A stretch of 64,000 nt of DNA. Origin: Chamaesiphon sp. (GTDB taxonomy: Bacteria; Cyanobacteriota; Cyanobacteriia; Cyanobacteriales; Chamaesiphonaceae). The notes beneath the pieces are model-generated. The model was not told where the DNA came from. It saw nothing but the letters and a program-made list of their open reading frames with translations, and did not search any database. The stretch spans positions 311,148 through 375,147 of the forward strand of contig CBDFFH010000005.1 in assembly GCA_965246715.1 (NCBI GenBank). Reading direction: 5' to 3'. Below, one piece after another: positions 31,001 through 40,076 of this stretch (positions are counted from its first letter, which is position 1; each line of letters starts with the position of its first letter). Both the position numbers and the translations under genes were made by a program.

Positions 31001-31432
31001 AACCCATCAACTCCGCCACCTGCTAACCCATCAATACCACCATCGACTAACCCATCCATACCTCCATCGTTGCCTTGGCTACCGGAGGTAATCGACTTCT
31101 CACCGCCTCCATTTATCTACTCATCCACCTTCCTTAACCAAATCGTCACCATCTATCAACAAGCCCGAGTCCTCCCCGAACTCAGCACCGCCCTGATTGC
31201 CACCCTCCCCCAAATCCTTGCTCCTAATATTAGCGATCGCACCGCCAATGAATGGTTAGCCCTGTGGCAAAACCTCCTTGGCACCGAATCCGCCCTAGAA
31301 ATGCCCCTGCGCCTGATGAATGTGGCGATCGCTTACAAAAAACAACCCGCCCAACAAAAACGCCTCTGGCTGGGGCTAGCCAAGGAAGAGCGAGCGATCC
31401 TCAATGGAGCTTTGGGATTAGAAGAGTCCTGA
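28076..31432 (+). CDS. STAND-type ATPase with wHTH, about 11 TPRs and a Pro-rich tract
   Basis: Walker A GMRGMGKT, degenerate Walker B LLMMENLD, GGNPR, HTH KEIAA...SQLRELRKLGYV, 34-aa WxxRG...YEEAI repeats. Confidence 0.85.
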   Translation: MANQMISAFTPSLMSPQELETILVQRQDLAQELFEKIVLSATTPAKHYALLIGMRGMGKTHLVALIYYRLLAEFDRNPTFKDKLVIAWLREEEWGVDSWLDLVSRILRALAVAEPQSKSLLEELRRISIEDSIDRAAANATRLLKEAIGNRTLLLMMENLDDLFKGLGEAGQQQFRSFLQAEQCCTILATTPALFTAVQSRTKPFFGFFNPIYLDRLTVPEAIEMLGKIATLGGQEELASFLQTPLGRARVRAVHHLAGGNPRVYMLFSQFITRDALDSLVEAFMKMLDDLTPYYQARMKELSNQQRKIVELLVDKRHPVMVKEIAADCFIDPGTAASQLRELRKLGYVEAEQNGRESFYELHEVLMRLCLEVKKQRGQWIEIFVEFLKIWYPLSERKNQLELMRGKSQYIKDEHLERALLSDEDPCFIGSQRDLQRALKEQQQLLATETLEELFHSKRLTEENYQEILELVQTDRYSEAQKLLSEIVSQKDRSVEKSELTFSLQLLAGLELLAAKKNLEALELFDTLLAENESDVDAWSMRGISLRRLGRYEEAIVSYDRAISIKFDDHETWNNRGISLHDSGRYEEAIASYDRTIELKPDNYEAWYNRGVCLDNLEMYKEAISSYEGALEYKPALKEAWHNRGISLGKLARYEEAIASFDRAIEIQPDKDDAWYNRGITQGKLGNHQDALDSFDRVIEIQPSKYNAWYDRGVSLGLLGRYEEAIDSYTHFISIKPDEPEAWYGKGTAQGNLGKYEEAIHSFDRTIELKSDDCSAWHDRGLCFHYLGDYERAIFSFDRALSIEVNDYKSWSDRGTSLTDSGRYEEAIDSFNRAISIEPDEYIPIHNQGWVYFKFGKFTESLNCFERAIALAPNSHVSWYRKGLVQFVMGNYENALNSWQQTFQIIHQLTPRLNDIAGLIQEFLGQLIPRLSLLINPLLPSEAKVSILPPISISPPPSLNPSTPPSTNSSPPPPFNPSTPPPANPSIPPSTNPSIPPSLPWLPEVIDFSPPPFIYSSTFLNQIVTIYQQARVLPELSTALIATLPQILAPNISDRTANEWLALWQNLLGTESALEMPLRLMNVAIAYKKQPAQQKRLWLGLAKEERAILNGALGLEES
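30941..31069 (+). repeat. Degenerate 24-bp tandem repeat (5 units and a partial) encoding PPxxNPS-like octapeptides
   Basis: PPSLNPST PPSTNSSP PPPFNPST PPPANPSI PPSTNPSI PPS. Confidence 0.8.
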
Positions 31433-31675
31433 ATGTTAGATCGGTTTATGATTCTTTTAAGTATCGATCGATTAGCTTTGTGCTATATATTAGCTCCTGC
31501 CGCATACTGGCTAAACTTAAAAATTTGGCGCGTTGGGCACTTTTAGCCAACTTGGTGGCTGTCCATTCAAGGGGTTTCCCCTATGAAGAGGAAGCGTAGC
31601 GTGACTTTTCTGGTTCGCGTCCGATGGCCAACGAGCAGGCGGGATGCGAACGTGCATTGGTCGCGCTGCACCCTT

Positions 31676-32404
31676 CTACTCAGCTTCCTCGCCGGACGCG
31701 TCGGCGTGGGTAGGCGCGGTGTAGGTGTCGGCATCCTGGAAATCTTCCAGCCAGTAAGCTGAGCTTACTACATCGAAGGTGATGGATTCCGCCGTTTTCT
31801 CTACTGCCCGCAGCTCCCACAGGATCGAGGCAGCCTCCGCGAATTTATCGTCCGCTAGACGATCCGAATACAGTCGGTTGAGCAGCGCATTATCGGGCAG
31901 GCCCACGGCCAGCAGGCGCAGCAGGGGCGCGGCAGCCGTGGCGCGTTCGCCCGCATCGGGGCCAAAAACAGCCAAATCAGCCGCGCTCACCGCCGTGCAT
32001 TTCACCTGAAACTCCACCGCCTCCACGCTTGGAAACGTGCCATTGAAGGCTTCGTGCAGTAGCTGCGTAGCTTGGTAAAAGCCACGGTGCAGCGGCAGAT
32101 CGGGGTTTTCTTCCCACAGGCGCTCGGTGAGCATCTGGTGGGCCAGGTTCTCCACCTGGCCGACTGTCAGCTCCTCCGGGAACAGGTAGGTGAGCACGGC
32201 CACGGCCGCCGAGCGCGGCTCCAGGTCGGTGAGGCCCATCTGGCACATCTCCTTCAGTTCGGCTTCGGGCAGGGCATTGGGGTTGTCAAAATTGAGCTGC
32301 GCGAGCAGGGCGCGGTAGTCGGCCGCCTGCCAGGAGTGCGGCAGCTCGGTAAGGGTAGCAAAGCTGAGGCGTTCGACGGTGAAAGTGGGAGTGGAGGCAG
32401 TCAT
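31676..32404 (-). CDS. Hypothetical acidic protein, high GC, probably horizontally acquired
   Basis: 242-aa ORF; GC-rich codons; no CGATCG seen inside. Confidence 0.8.
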   Translation of the reverse strand: MTASTPTFTVERLSFATLTELPHSWQAADYRALLAQLNFDNPNALPEAELKEMCQMGLTDLEPRSAAVAVLTYLFPEELTVGQVENLAHQMLTERLWEENPDLPLHRGFYQATQLLHEAFNGTFPSVEAVEFQVKCTAVSAADLAVFGPDAGERATAAAPLLRLLAVGLPDNALLNRLYSDRLADDKFAEAASILWELRAVEKTAESITFDVVSSAYWLEDFQDADTYTAPTHADASGEEAE

Positions 32405-32552
32405 AATTGGTTAGTTGAAGTATGTCAATATGTTTTCTCTCATGTGGCAAAGACTTGGGGCTGGTGAAGGAATCGATCGAGCTAAGTACTACTTAGACTG
32501 ACCTATTTTCAGTATGCCCAAACTCTTCCTATTAAAAGTTGGACTAGATTTA

Positions 32553-32726
32553 GCCCTCTTCTGTCACTCTCCAGAGAGCATAATCCCAAACCCTTGCTGC
32601 ATAAGCTTTTATCACAAATCTCCACGATTGAGCTATCGATCGCTAAATAAAGCTTCAAAACTTTTTGAGATAAGGCTTGTAGCGATCGCCTTCGCTTTTT
32701 AGTTAAGGAGAGTGACAGAAGAGGGC
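32553..32726. mobile_element. MITE (174 bp), TA-flanked, perfect 20-bp terminal inverted repeats
   Basis: TA-GCCCTCTTCTGTCACTCTCC ... GGAGAGTGACAGAAGAGGGC-TA. Confidence 0.88.
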
Positions 32727-33041
32727 TATATTGCGAGATGGATAGATGGCTACAGATCTCCAGTCGGAGAATGAATTTCGATTTCGATAAGTGTAAATGG
32801 AAATCTCACTAACCATTCGTTCGTACAGCAACTTATCAGACTGAAACTGCACCTCACAAAAATAGATTATTCCTGATGGTAATGGTGGGATAAATACCCC
32901 ATCGATTCTAAAAGCTGTTTCCTTAACCTCAATTGAATCAAAAATATATCGCTCGGCATCGCTCGGTGGTTGAGAAATGAGATCGAATAACAGAGTTGGT
33001 GACTGTTGAAATAACTGATAGAAAATTGTATCGCGGCGCAT
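32727..33041 (-). pseudogene. Rpn/DUF2887 PD-(D/E)XK protein truncated at the MITE
   Basis: MRRDTIFYQLF, SIEVKETAFRIDGVF, FCEVQFQ, then reads into the MITE end. Confidence 0.85.
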
Positions 33042-33057
33042 AGTTATAGACCCAATA

Positions 33058-33261
33058 TTAAATTTCAGTTACTTCGACATAATCGCATTCCTCACAACTA
33101 ATCTGTCCTACTTCATCTTGACCAAAATTGATAGATCTACAAACAGGACAACAAATCTCAATCGATTCAGGAAGAAATTGTTCTTTAGTAGTTGAATCTG
33201 AGACTACTTTAGATTCTGGAGCTAGTTGTGAGGTGAACCGACGGAAATTGCGTACAGGCAT
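33058..33261 (-). CDS. Small Zn-ribbon hypothetical protein
   Basis: CPVC-x13-CEEC. Confidence 0.35.
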   Translation of the reverse strand: MPVRNFRRFTSQLAPESKVVSDSTTKEQFLPESIEICCPVCRSINFGQDEVGQISCEECDYVEVTEI

Positions 33262-33309
33262 TCTATTGGGAGGTTTTGCGATCGGGGCATCAGAAGATTT
33301 ACATTGTCT

Positions 33310-33635
33310 ATGATACCAACACAGAATCTAGAGCTTATGGCTACTACCGGAAAACTCGAACTCACCATCAAGATTAGCGAACTACCCCAAGTCAAGACCG
33401 TTGAGAATGGCTTGTAGTATTTCGAGCTGGACTGTAATGGCAGGATCTTCGCTGTGACCGTTAAGCCCAAAGTTTGGAAGAAGCTCACAGATGCCCAAGA
33501 AAACTATCCGATGTGGGTAGCAGCAATTGCTGGACAGATGGGTGCAATGACCCTAGATGGCTTCGTTTTAGATGGAGCGAATATATTCAGGTGTTTGAAA
33601 AGAAACCGAAGGTTGTAGAGGCTGCTGAGGGATAG
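33310..33635 (+). pseudogene. Remnant of a conserved cyanobacterial plasmid-type protein (often labelled FinO-like)
   Basis: GKLELTIKISELP ... TVKPKVWKKL ... YPMWVAAIAG ... QVFEKKPK; in-frame TAG at 33415 and a late frameshift. Confidence 0.65.
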
Positions 33636-34059
33636 TAGAGCGGAGGAATTAACCCCTAAAATGAGAGTATCCCCGCTAGCGACCAAACTAACGGGGATAT
33701 CCAGCGGCTATACACCGCAAATACCTATAAATATCTCTTACCAATATGACACAAGTGACAGAGGCAGACATTAGGGAATTGAAAACAGCGCTCGATGGGA
33801 AAACCAGATCGATTGAAGTGATCGGGCGTGGGACTGAAGCTAACACCAAGGCAATCGAAGGTTTAAGTCAGACAAGTTCAGCCATCGATCGGGAGCCGTG
33901 ACTCCATATTTAATAGTTGAGTCTCTTAATTGACACGCGATCGGGCAGATTTCACTACACCACTGCAACGGTTTATACTACTGCCAGAACGCCCCGAACG
34001 ATCGCGGACTTCGTTAGGGTAGAAATAATGTTATTCCGATCGAGAATCGGTTATGAAGC

Positions 34060-34779
34060 ATGGATAATCAAGATCGCGACGCATCTTGGGCTGCTGTGAT
34101 AGATGACGCATTTGCCACCGTGGCCACGGCATCTCGGACGGTCGCGGCAGACTTGAGTGAATCAGTAGGGACGGCACTTTATCAGTTTGTCGCTCGAGGT
34201 ACGGAAACCGTTGGCAACACGATCGCGCCGCTCGCTGACAATCCAATGATAAAATGGGCGACCAAGGTGCCGGGAATTAATTGGTTCATGGCTGCGCTGG
34301 GTCAGGTGAATGTGGAAAGAGTACAGCGCGAAGTTGACGTTTTGCGGCAACAGTATCCTTTGGATACCCCCGCTCGATTAGCGCAGCGCGTTATTGCCGA
34401 TACCGCCTGGAAAGCCGCCGGAATTGGTTTGGCCACCAACATTATTCCGCCTGTGGCACTAATGTTATTTGCAGTCGATTTAGGTGCGCTCTCGGCTCTG
34501 CAAGCCGAAATGATTTATCGGATTGCGATTATTTATGGATTTTCACCCACCGATGCCGCCCGACGCGGTGAAGTACTAGCGATTTGGAGTTTATCGACCG
34601 GAAGTTCGGGCGCGCTCAAGATGGGGTTAAGCTTTGTCGAACTGCTCCCAGGCATTGGTGCGGTAGTGGGTAGTGCTGGCGATGCTACCCTGTTATACAG
34701 TTTGGGACATCTAGCCTGCCGCTTCTATGAAGCCAAGCAAAAAGCGACATCATCAACATCAGATCGTTCGCAATTCTAA
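34060..34779 (+). CDS. EcsC/DUF697-like protein
   Basis: AVDLGALSALQAEMIYRIAIIYGF, ELLPGIGAVVG. Confidence 0.72.
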   Translation: MDNQDRDASWAAVIDDAFATVATASRTVAADLSESVGTALYQFVARGTETVGNTIAPLADNPMIKWATKVPGINWFMAALGQVNVERVQREVDVLRQQYPLDTPARLAQRVIADTAWKAAGIGLATNIIPPVALMLFAVDLGALSALQAEMIYRIAIIYGFSPTDAARRGEVLAIWSLSTGSSGALKMGLSFVELLPGIGAVVGSAGDATLLYSLGHLACRFYEAKQKATSSTSDRSQF

Positions 34780-35251
34780 CGTGAGGGTGTAGCACCGCCC
34801 ATTTTGGCTACAGGCGTAATTGGGCGCTCGAACACCCAGGTCGATAAGGTATCAGATAGAAGCTTGGTATTACTCCGGAAATACCCGGTATTACTCCAAA
34901 CAGCCTCCGTCGTGCTGGACAAGCTGCGTTAGTCGAGCATCCAGCGCTACGGGCACAGTGCGTGAAAGGCGATTAACCCTCTCCTTTTTCACCTGTTGGT
35001 TAGACAGATTCCTCAAGTTGCACCACCCATGCAGTTGACAAGAATACGCACCAATCGCGTTTGCGAGTGCTACGAATGCCGTATCTAGGGATATGGAATG
35101 CTTGTAAGCGGTCGATGCGCGTAATTTCTTCCAAGCTAATCTGAAAACTTCTTACTGCATACTCCGGTAGTTTATCGGTATATGCAATGACTTATGGCTC
35201 AGCCAACGCTGGATTTAATAAGCCTAATCGAACTCCATTGCTGTGCTTTTG

Positions 35252-36409
35252 CTACCGAGCACCCTGTTGGGGACCGATGGCGCGCCGCAACGACTCAGCA
35301 CTCGGTGGTGTTGGTTGATTACAAAGATCGCCGTTACCGTTGCCACAGTTCGACTCGAAGTCATCAGCCATTTGCTGCAACTCGGGTCGGGTTGGGATCG
35401 GCGGCGGCGGGTCAGTGGGCAGCATAGAAGGTTCAACACCTGTGGAGTTCAGCTGAGCAATGACCGAGCGAGCCACAGTTCGACCCAATGCTATGCCGTT
35501 AATGTGATCCGTTCGCCAGTGAATACCCGCCCACAAGCGTGCCATGCCAATGTTATCGGCTAGCTTGTCAAGTTCATCTTTTGCTTCTGGGAAAAAACAT
35601 GAGAGAAGTTCACTCGCAGCACCGGAATAAGTGCTGTGCCCTGATGGGTAAGCCGGATGTCGTGGTGTGCCCGGTGATGGCATTGGTTTTGTCCTTGGAT
35701 TGCCATCCTGCACCTCACCGCTACTCAAATCGACTTCCGTGTCGTAGAGCACGTTCAGTGGGGGCAAGCCCTGGCTGACAGCATACTCAAATGGACGCTG
35801 GCGGCGGGCAACAAGATCCGTGCGGTCGGTAGCCAGCCATTTGTAATGCCACGCTGCTAAAAGTGCGCTGGAGATTGCGACGTCAAGAGCAGCCCACACC
35901 CAAGCTTGGCGAGGCGGTGACCAGTCCTTCACACGAATCAACCCGTTGAGTGCATGTCGATGAGCTAATCCTGGCGTTTCCCCTTCAAAATAGCGGGCAA
36001 GTTCCCGTCCAGTTTCTACGAGAGGCTGGTTGAGACGAAGTGTTCTGACTACGGCACCTAACGGCGGCGGCGCGAACTTAATCGTTTTAGAAGAGATCAT
36101 CAAGTCTCCGCCAGTGAGGAATACGCTCATCTGCTTGCGCTCGCGCCCGGGGGGTCCACCGACTAACGCATTCGCATTGCCCCGTAATGATTCTAACTCG
36201 CGTAGTTCTGCGATTTCGGCATTTATAATCGCTTGACCCTCTGGCGTACCAGAATCAGGGTAGGAGGGAAAGAAGTTAGGACTGTTAGGATCATCAGTTC
36301 CCGCCTCCCTGAGGTCGTCTAGTGAAACAATGCGCGGTTGAGAACACCGATTCCAAAAACTTGCTTTAGGTTCAACTTGTGGTCCATATAAGTTATACTC
36401 GGTTACCAT
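35252..36409 (-). CDS. Vanadium-dependent haloperoxidase / PAP2 superfamily enzyme
   Basis: AAWHYKW...RQRP, HPAYPSGHS, ARLWAGIHWRTD; ATG 36409 with AAGGAG RBS. Confidence 0.82.
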   Translation of the reverse strand: MVTEYNLYGPQVEPKASFWNRCSQPRIVSLDDLREAGTDDPNSPNFFPSYPDSGTPEGQAIINAEIAELRELESLRGNANALVGGPPGRERKQMSVFLTGGDLMISSKTIKFAPPPLGAVVRTLRLNQPLVETGRELARYFEGETPGLAHRHALNGLIRVKDWSPPRQAWVWAALDVAISSALLAAWHYKWLATDRTDLVARRQRPFEYAVSQGLPPLNVLYDTEVDLSSGEVQDGNPRTKPMPSPGTPRHPAYPSGHSTYSGAASELLSCFFPEAKDELDKLADNIGMARLWAGIHWRTDHINGIALGRTVARSVIAQLNSTGVEPSMLPTDPPPPIPTRPELQQMADDFESNCGNGNGDLCNQPTPPSAESLRRAIGPQQGAR

Positions 36410-36826
36410 TGCTTTCTCCTTGTATTGGGTAATTTCAGAATTGCTTCTTCCATTAGAAGCATTCACACTCACGCGGTATTTGCCACGCAACTGCAAGGCT
36501 TACGGTACTGGACTGCTAATGGATGAGGCAACCAGTAAAACCGTTTGTGGGCAGCCATTTTAGAGATTCAAGCTTCGATTACCTAAAAACTTCGTCTGAC
36601 AAGGGTTTCAGGTAGCTAGCCTCTTTGTAGAGACCAGTGCCAGCGCCGATGGTAGTCATGACCTCTACTCTAATTAGATCTGACTGTTGCTTATTTCACT
36701 TCTGAATTGAGTTTATTTCTTATTGGTGTAAATTAGTAGTGCCCCAGCGAGAAACTTAATTATAGTTAATTCAAATAAAAATGCGGTTTTGCGGTCTCAA
36801 CTAGATTGATCGAGCATGGGTAATTA

Positions 36827-37096
36827 GGGGGAAACGCAGAATTCGGAGAATATTGCACGTTAACGATTTCTTCTGTCAGGAAAGGCTCTATGACCTGTTA
36901 TGGAATATGTCAATAAATGATAAAAAGGACTCTAGATTGACACTTTAAGAAGCTTTTAGTTGACATTAGGTTGGAGTGTACCCCAATCTGACAAAATATG
37001 GCTTTTTCCCTGTTCTCAGGTTACTTCCTTGAAAGCCTTTTCCTGAGAGGCTTTCAGCCTTAGCGTGCTATTTTGTCCGAATTCTGCGTTTCCCCC
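36827..37096. mobile_element. Tn3-family miniature element (270 bp) with 38-bp IRs and a res-like interior
   Basis: GGGGGAAACGCAGAATTCGGAGAATATTGCACGTTAAC and (reverse complement) GGGGGAAACGCAGAATTCGGACAAAATAGCACGCTAAG. Confidence 0.9.
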
Positions 37097-37544
37097 AATG
37101 TCATCTCTATGAACAGAATGAATTTTATCAGACCTTTCGTGAGTTTGACGCTAATAATAATTAGGCTTTAGCTAAACTAAAATAACCAATCAGGTGGGCA
37201 TTTTCCCGCATTATTAAGTATCTAGGCGCAATTAAATATAAAACGATCGAGCGCATGTTCACCTGCAACACTTAGAGATCCCATTCCCGCTAGACAGCCT
37301 TGGCTAAGAGGCTGTTTGAAAAGTTAGACAGACAGATAAGATCGATGCTCACCTGTTTACTATAGGTGAAACTCGGTCGGAACTACTAATTCGATTACTA
37401 CGTGCAGAGATTAGCGATCGCGTAAGCGCGCCGCAAGGCGGTCGCAAAAATACTAACAATACCGATCGCGAACCTGACAGCAAGAATGATAACATTTTAT
37501 TAGATTTCTGTGTTCGAGAAATCGGGTTAGCTAGAGTCAACAAA

Positions 37545-40076
37545 TCATCCTTTATTTGAGTAAGCTTTTACGGAGGATGTTTGCCGATAGAATGGGCTAA
37601 TTTTGATGCCCAGAAAGCGATCGAGTAATGCATGTCTCCAGATAAACCGAACCACCAGCAACCAAATAACTGCGATCGATCCAATTGTCCAATAGTGAAT
37701 GGGTTCTAGTGGATAGAGTTCAAAAATGTTGCCGATCGGCGGAATCGCTATCATCAAAACATAAATTAAGAAAACAGTTCCAGCCAGGATCGTAAACCGC
37801 CAGTCTCGGCTGAGGGGTGCTCCACCCACCCAAAACCGCGTGGGGGGTTTGAGCAAGGGGAGGAGGAGTAACTCCCCAAAAATCTGCATCGTGACTATGC
37901 CTTTTTCGGCAATTTGCCGTGCTTGGGAAATATCTGACATGGAGATCGATGTGCCGATCGCTTCAAAGGGAATATCGCCTCGCAGCCATTCTGAAATGGG
38001 TACCAGGCTATCGGCTAGAAAATATAGATAGACGAGAATACTCGCCAGGGATAGGGTGAGGGTGGTAGGCAAGACAAAATGCAGCAATGCGTTTCCCTGC
38101 TGCTCTCTAGGTTTGTGAGGCTGTGCCCAGAGGGTAACAAAGAATGGGGGAATCCCGACCGTGAGTAACGTGACAATAGTACTGGCCTTGATGCTAAAGG
38201 GAAAGGTGAGAGTAATCATCCCAATGGCTACGATCTCTAGCATAAAGGAAAAGATTCGTACCATAAACAGTTTGCTGATATCAATCACACCATTGCGAAT
38301 CCGCTGTCCTTCCATGAAGATTTTGGGCAGTGCGTTAAATGAGTCTTTCAGTAACACGATGTCGGCCACGCCACGGGTCGCTTGACTCCCGCTTTCCATA
38401 GCTACACTGACATTGGCCTGCTTCAGAGACAGCACGTCATTCACTCCATCACCCATCATAGCCACGTAATGAGCACGCGATTGTAGACTCTTAACCAGAC
38501 GGGCTTTCTGCTCAGGCGTAATGCGTCCAAAAACCGTACTCTCTTCGGCGGTTTGGGTGAAAACCGCATCATCCATTTGCGCCAGTTCTTGCCCTGAAAC
38601 CGCGATCGGGTCATCACTCAGCCCGGCCTGTTTGGCCAATGCTGCCACGGTTGCGGGATTGTCGCCCGAAATTACCTTGACCTGGATACCTGCCTGCCGA
38701 AATTCTGCCAGGGTTTGGGCGGCATCGGGACGCAACTCATCGCCAAAGTATAAAACTCCCAGTGGAATCACATGGGGTGGCAGCAATGGATTGCCCGATC
38801 CATCTCGCAATGCGCTCACCTCTGAACTGGAGGCAAACAACAGCACACGCAACCCTCGATCGGCTCCCTCCCGAATCAGAGTGTGCAGGTCATCGGACAG
38901 CGACACGCCTAGCAGCTCTGGCGCACCGAGGAGATACCCTCCAGGCGCATCCGCAAAGGCGATCGCACTCCATTTGTGTGCCGAGCCGAAGGGAACCTCG
39001 GTTTTGAGCGATCGTCGGGCTTTGGGAAAAGCGGTGGCGATCGCCTCGTTGGTTTTGTTGCTGGTGGAGACACTGGCTGCATAGTCGCCCAACAGGGATT
39101 CGAGTTGAGGGCGATCCAGGTTAATGGGAAACACTGTTTGTAAGTGAATTCGATTAGTGGTGAGCGTTCCGGTTTTATCGAGGCAGATCGTATCCACATG
39201 GCTGAGCGATTCTACCGCATTAGATCGGTGTACCAACGCATTCTGATTAGCAATTCGCAAGGCCCCAAAGGTATAGGCCAGAGTAATCATCAGATATAGA
39301 CCACTGGGTACTAGCCCCACAATCACCGCAATATTTTGCACCCCCACAGAGAAGGGGATGATGCCCAACAGCATCCGTAGGATGGTGACTAAGCCCAGCA
39401 GTATAGCAACGCCCAACAGCAGGCGGATCGTCAAATTAACCTGGGATTGCAAAGGGGTCAGCACCTTGCGAAACTTACGCGCTTGAGCGGTCATTTTGCT
39501 GACTAAACTCTCGGCACCTACCTTCTCAGCTTCGTAGCAAACGGTGCCGCCAACACAAAAGCTGCCAGAGTACACCAAGTCGCCCGCCTGTTTGGCAATC
39601 AAATCCGACTCGCCTGTCAACAACGATTCGTCCACTTCGATCTCGCCTGCCCCTACCACGGAACCATCCACCACAATCTGGTCGCCAGGACGCACCACCA
39701 GCAGATCTCCCAAGACAATTTCGCTGGGGTCGATCTCCCGTTCTCGCCCCTCTCGAATCACACTGGCTTGCGGGCGCGTCACGAGGGCAATGGTGTCGAG
39801 TTTTTGCTTAGCGCGAATCTCTTGAATGACATTCACTACCACATTCAGCAGAATGACAAAGGCTAACACAGCGACATCGCTGACCTGTTCCAACGCAATC
39901 AGCACCAGACTTAGGAAAAAGTACACCCCGTTAACGAACGTCAATAGGTTGTCCCGCAAGATCTCCCAGTAGGTGCGGCTTGTTTGAATCGAGATATTAT
40001 TTCCCTGTCCCGTTGCACGACGGCGGGCTGCTTCGCGATCGCTCAACCCTTGAAAGTGGCTAGAATGCGTTTGCAT
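37545..40076 (-). CDS. Cation-transporting P-type ATPase (CtpE-like)
   Basis: TGES, VPSGL, DKTGTLT, SGDN, GDGVND. Confidence 0.92.
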   Translation of the reverse strand: MQTHSSHFQGLSDREAARRRATGQGNNISIQTSRTYWEILRDNLLTFVNGVYFFLSLVLIALEQVSDVAVLAFVILLNVVVNVIQEIRAKQKLDTIALVTRPQASVIREGREREIDPSEIVLGDLLVVRPGDQIVVDGSVVGAGEIEVDESLLTGESDLIAKQAGDLVYSGSFCVGGTVCYEAEKVGAESLVSKMTAQARKFRKVLTPLQSQVNLTIRLLLGVAILLGLVTILRMLLGIIPFSVGVQNIAVIVGLVPSGLYLMITLAYTFGALRIANQNALVHRSNAVESLSHVDTICLDKTGTLTTNRIHLQTVFPINLDRPQLESLLGDYAASVSTSNKTNEAIATAFPKARRSLKTEVPFGSAHKWSAIAFADAPGGYLLGAPELLGVSLSDDLHTLIREGADRGLRVLLFASSSEVSALRDGSGNPLLPPHVIPLGVLYFGDELRPDAAQTLAEFRQAGIQVKVISGDNPATVAALAKQAGLSDDPIAVSGQELAQMDDAVFTQTAEESTVFGRITPEQKARLVKSLQSRAHYVAMMGDGVNDVLSLKQANVSVAMESGSQATRGVADIVLLKDSFNALPKIFMEGQRIRNGVIDISKLFMVRIFSFMLEIVAIGMITLTFPFSIKASTIVTLLTVGIPPFFVTLWAQPHKPREQQGNALLHFVLPTTLTLSLASILVYLYFLADSLVPISEWLRGDIPFEAIGTSISMSDISQARQIAEKGIVTMQIFGELLLLPLLKPPTRFWVGGAPLSRDWRFTILAGTVFLIYVLMIAIPPIGNIFELYPLEPIHYWTIGSIAVIWLLVVRFIWRHALLDRFLGIKISPFYRQTSSVKAYSNKG

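Noticed and set aside
34780..35200. Possible transposase remnant or small ORFs between the EcsC-like and haloperoxidase genes
   Set aside because: No convincing motif found by eye; needs tBLASTx
38521..39084. 187-aa plus-strand ORF and other antisense ORFs inside long genes
   Set aside because: Shadow frames of well-supported genes, with no recognisable motifs
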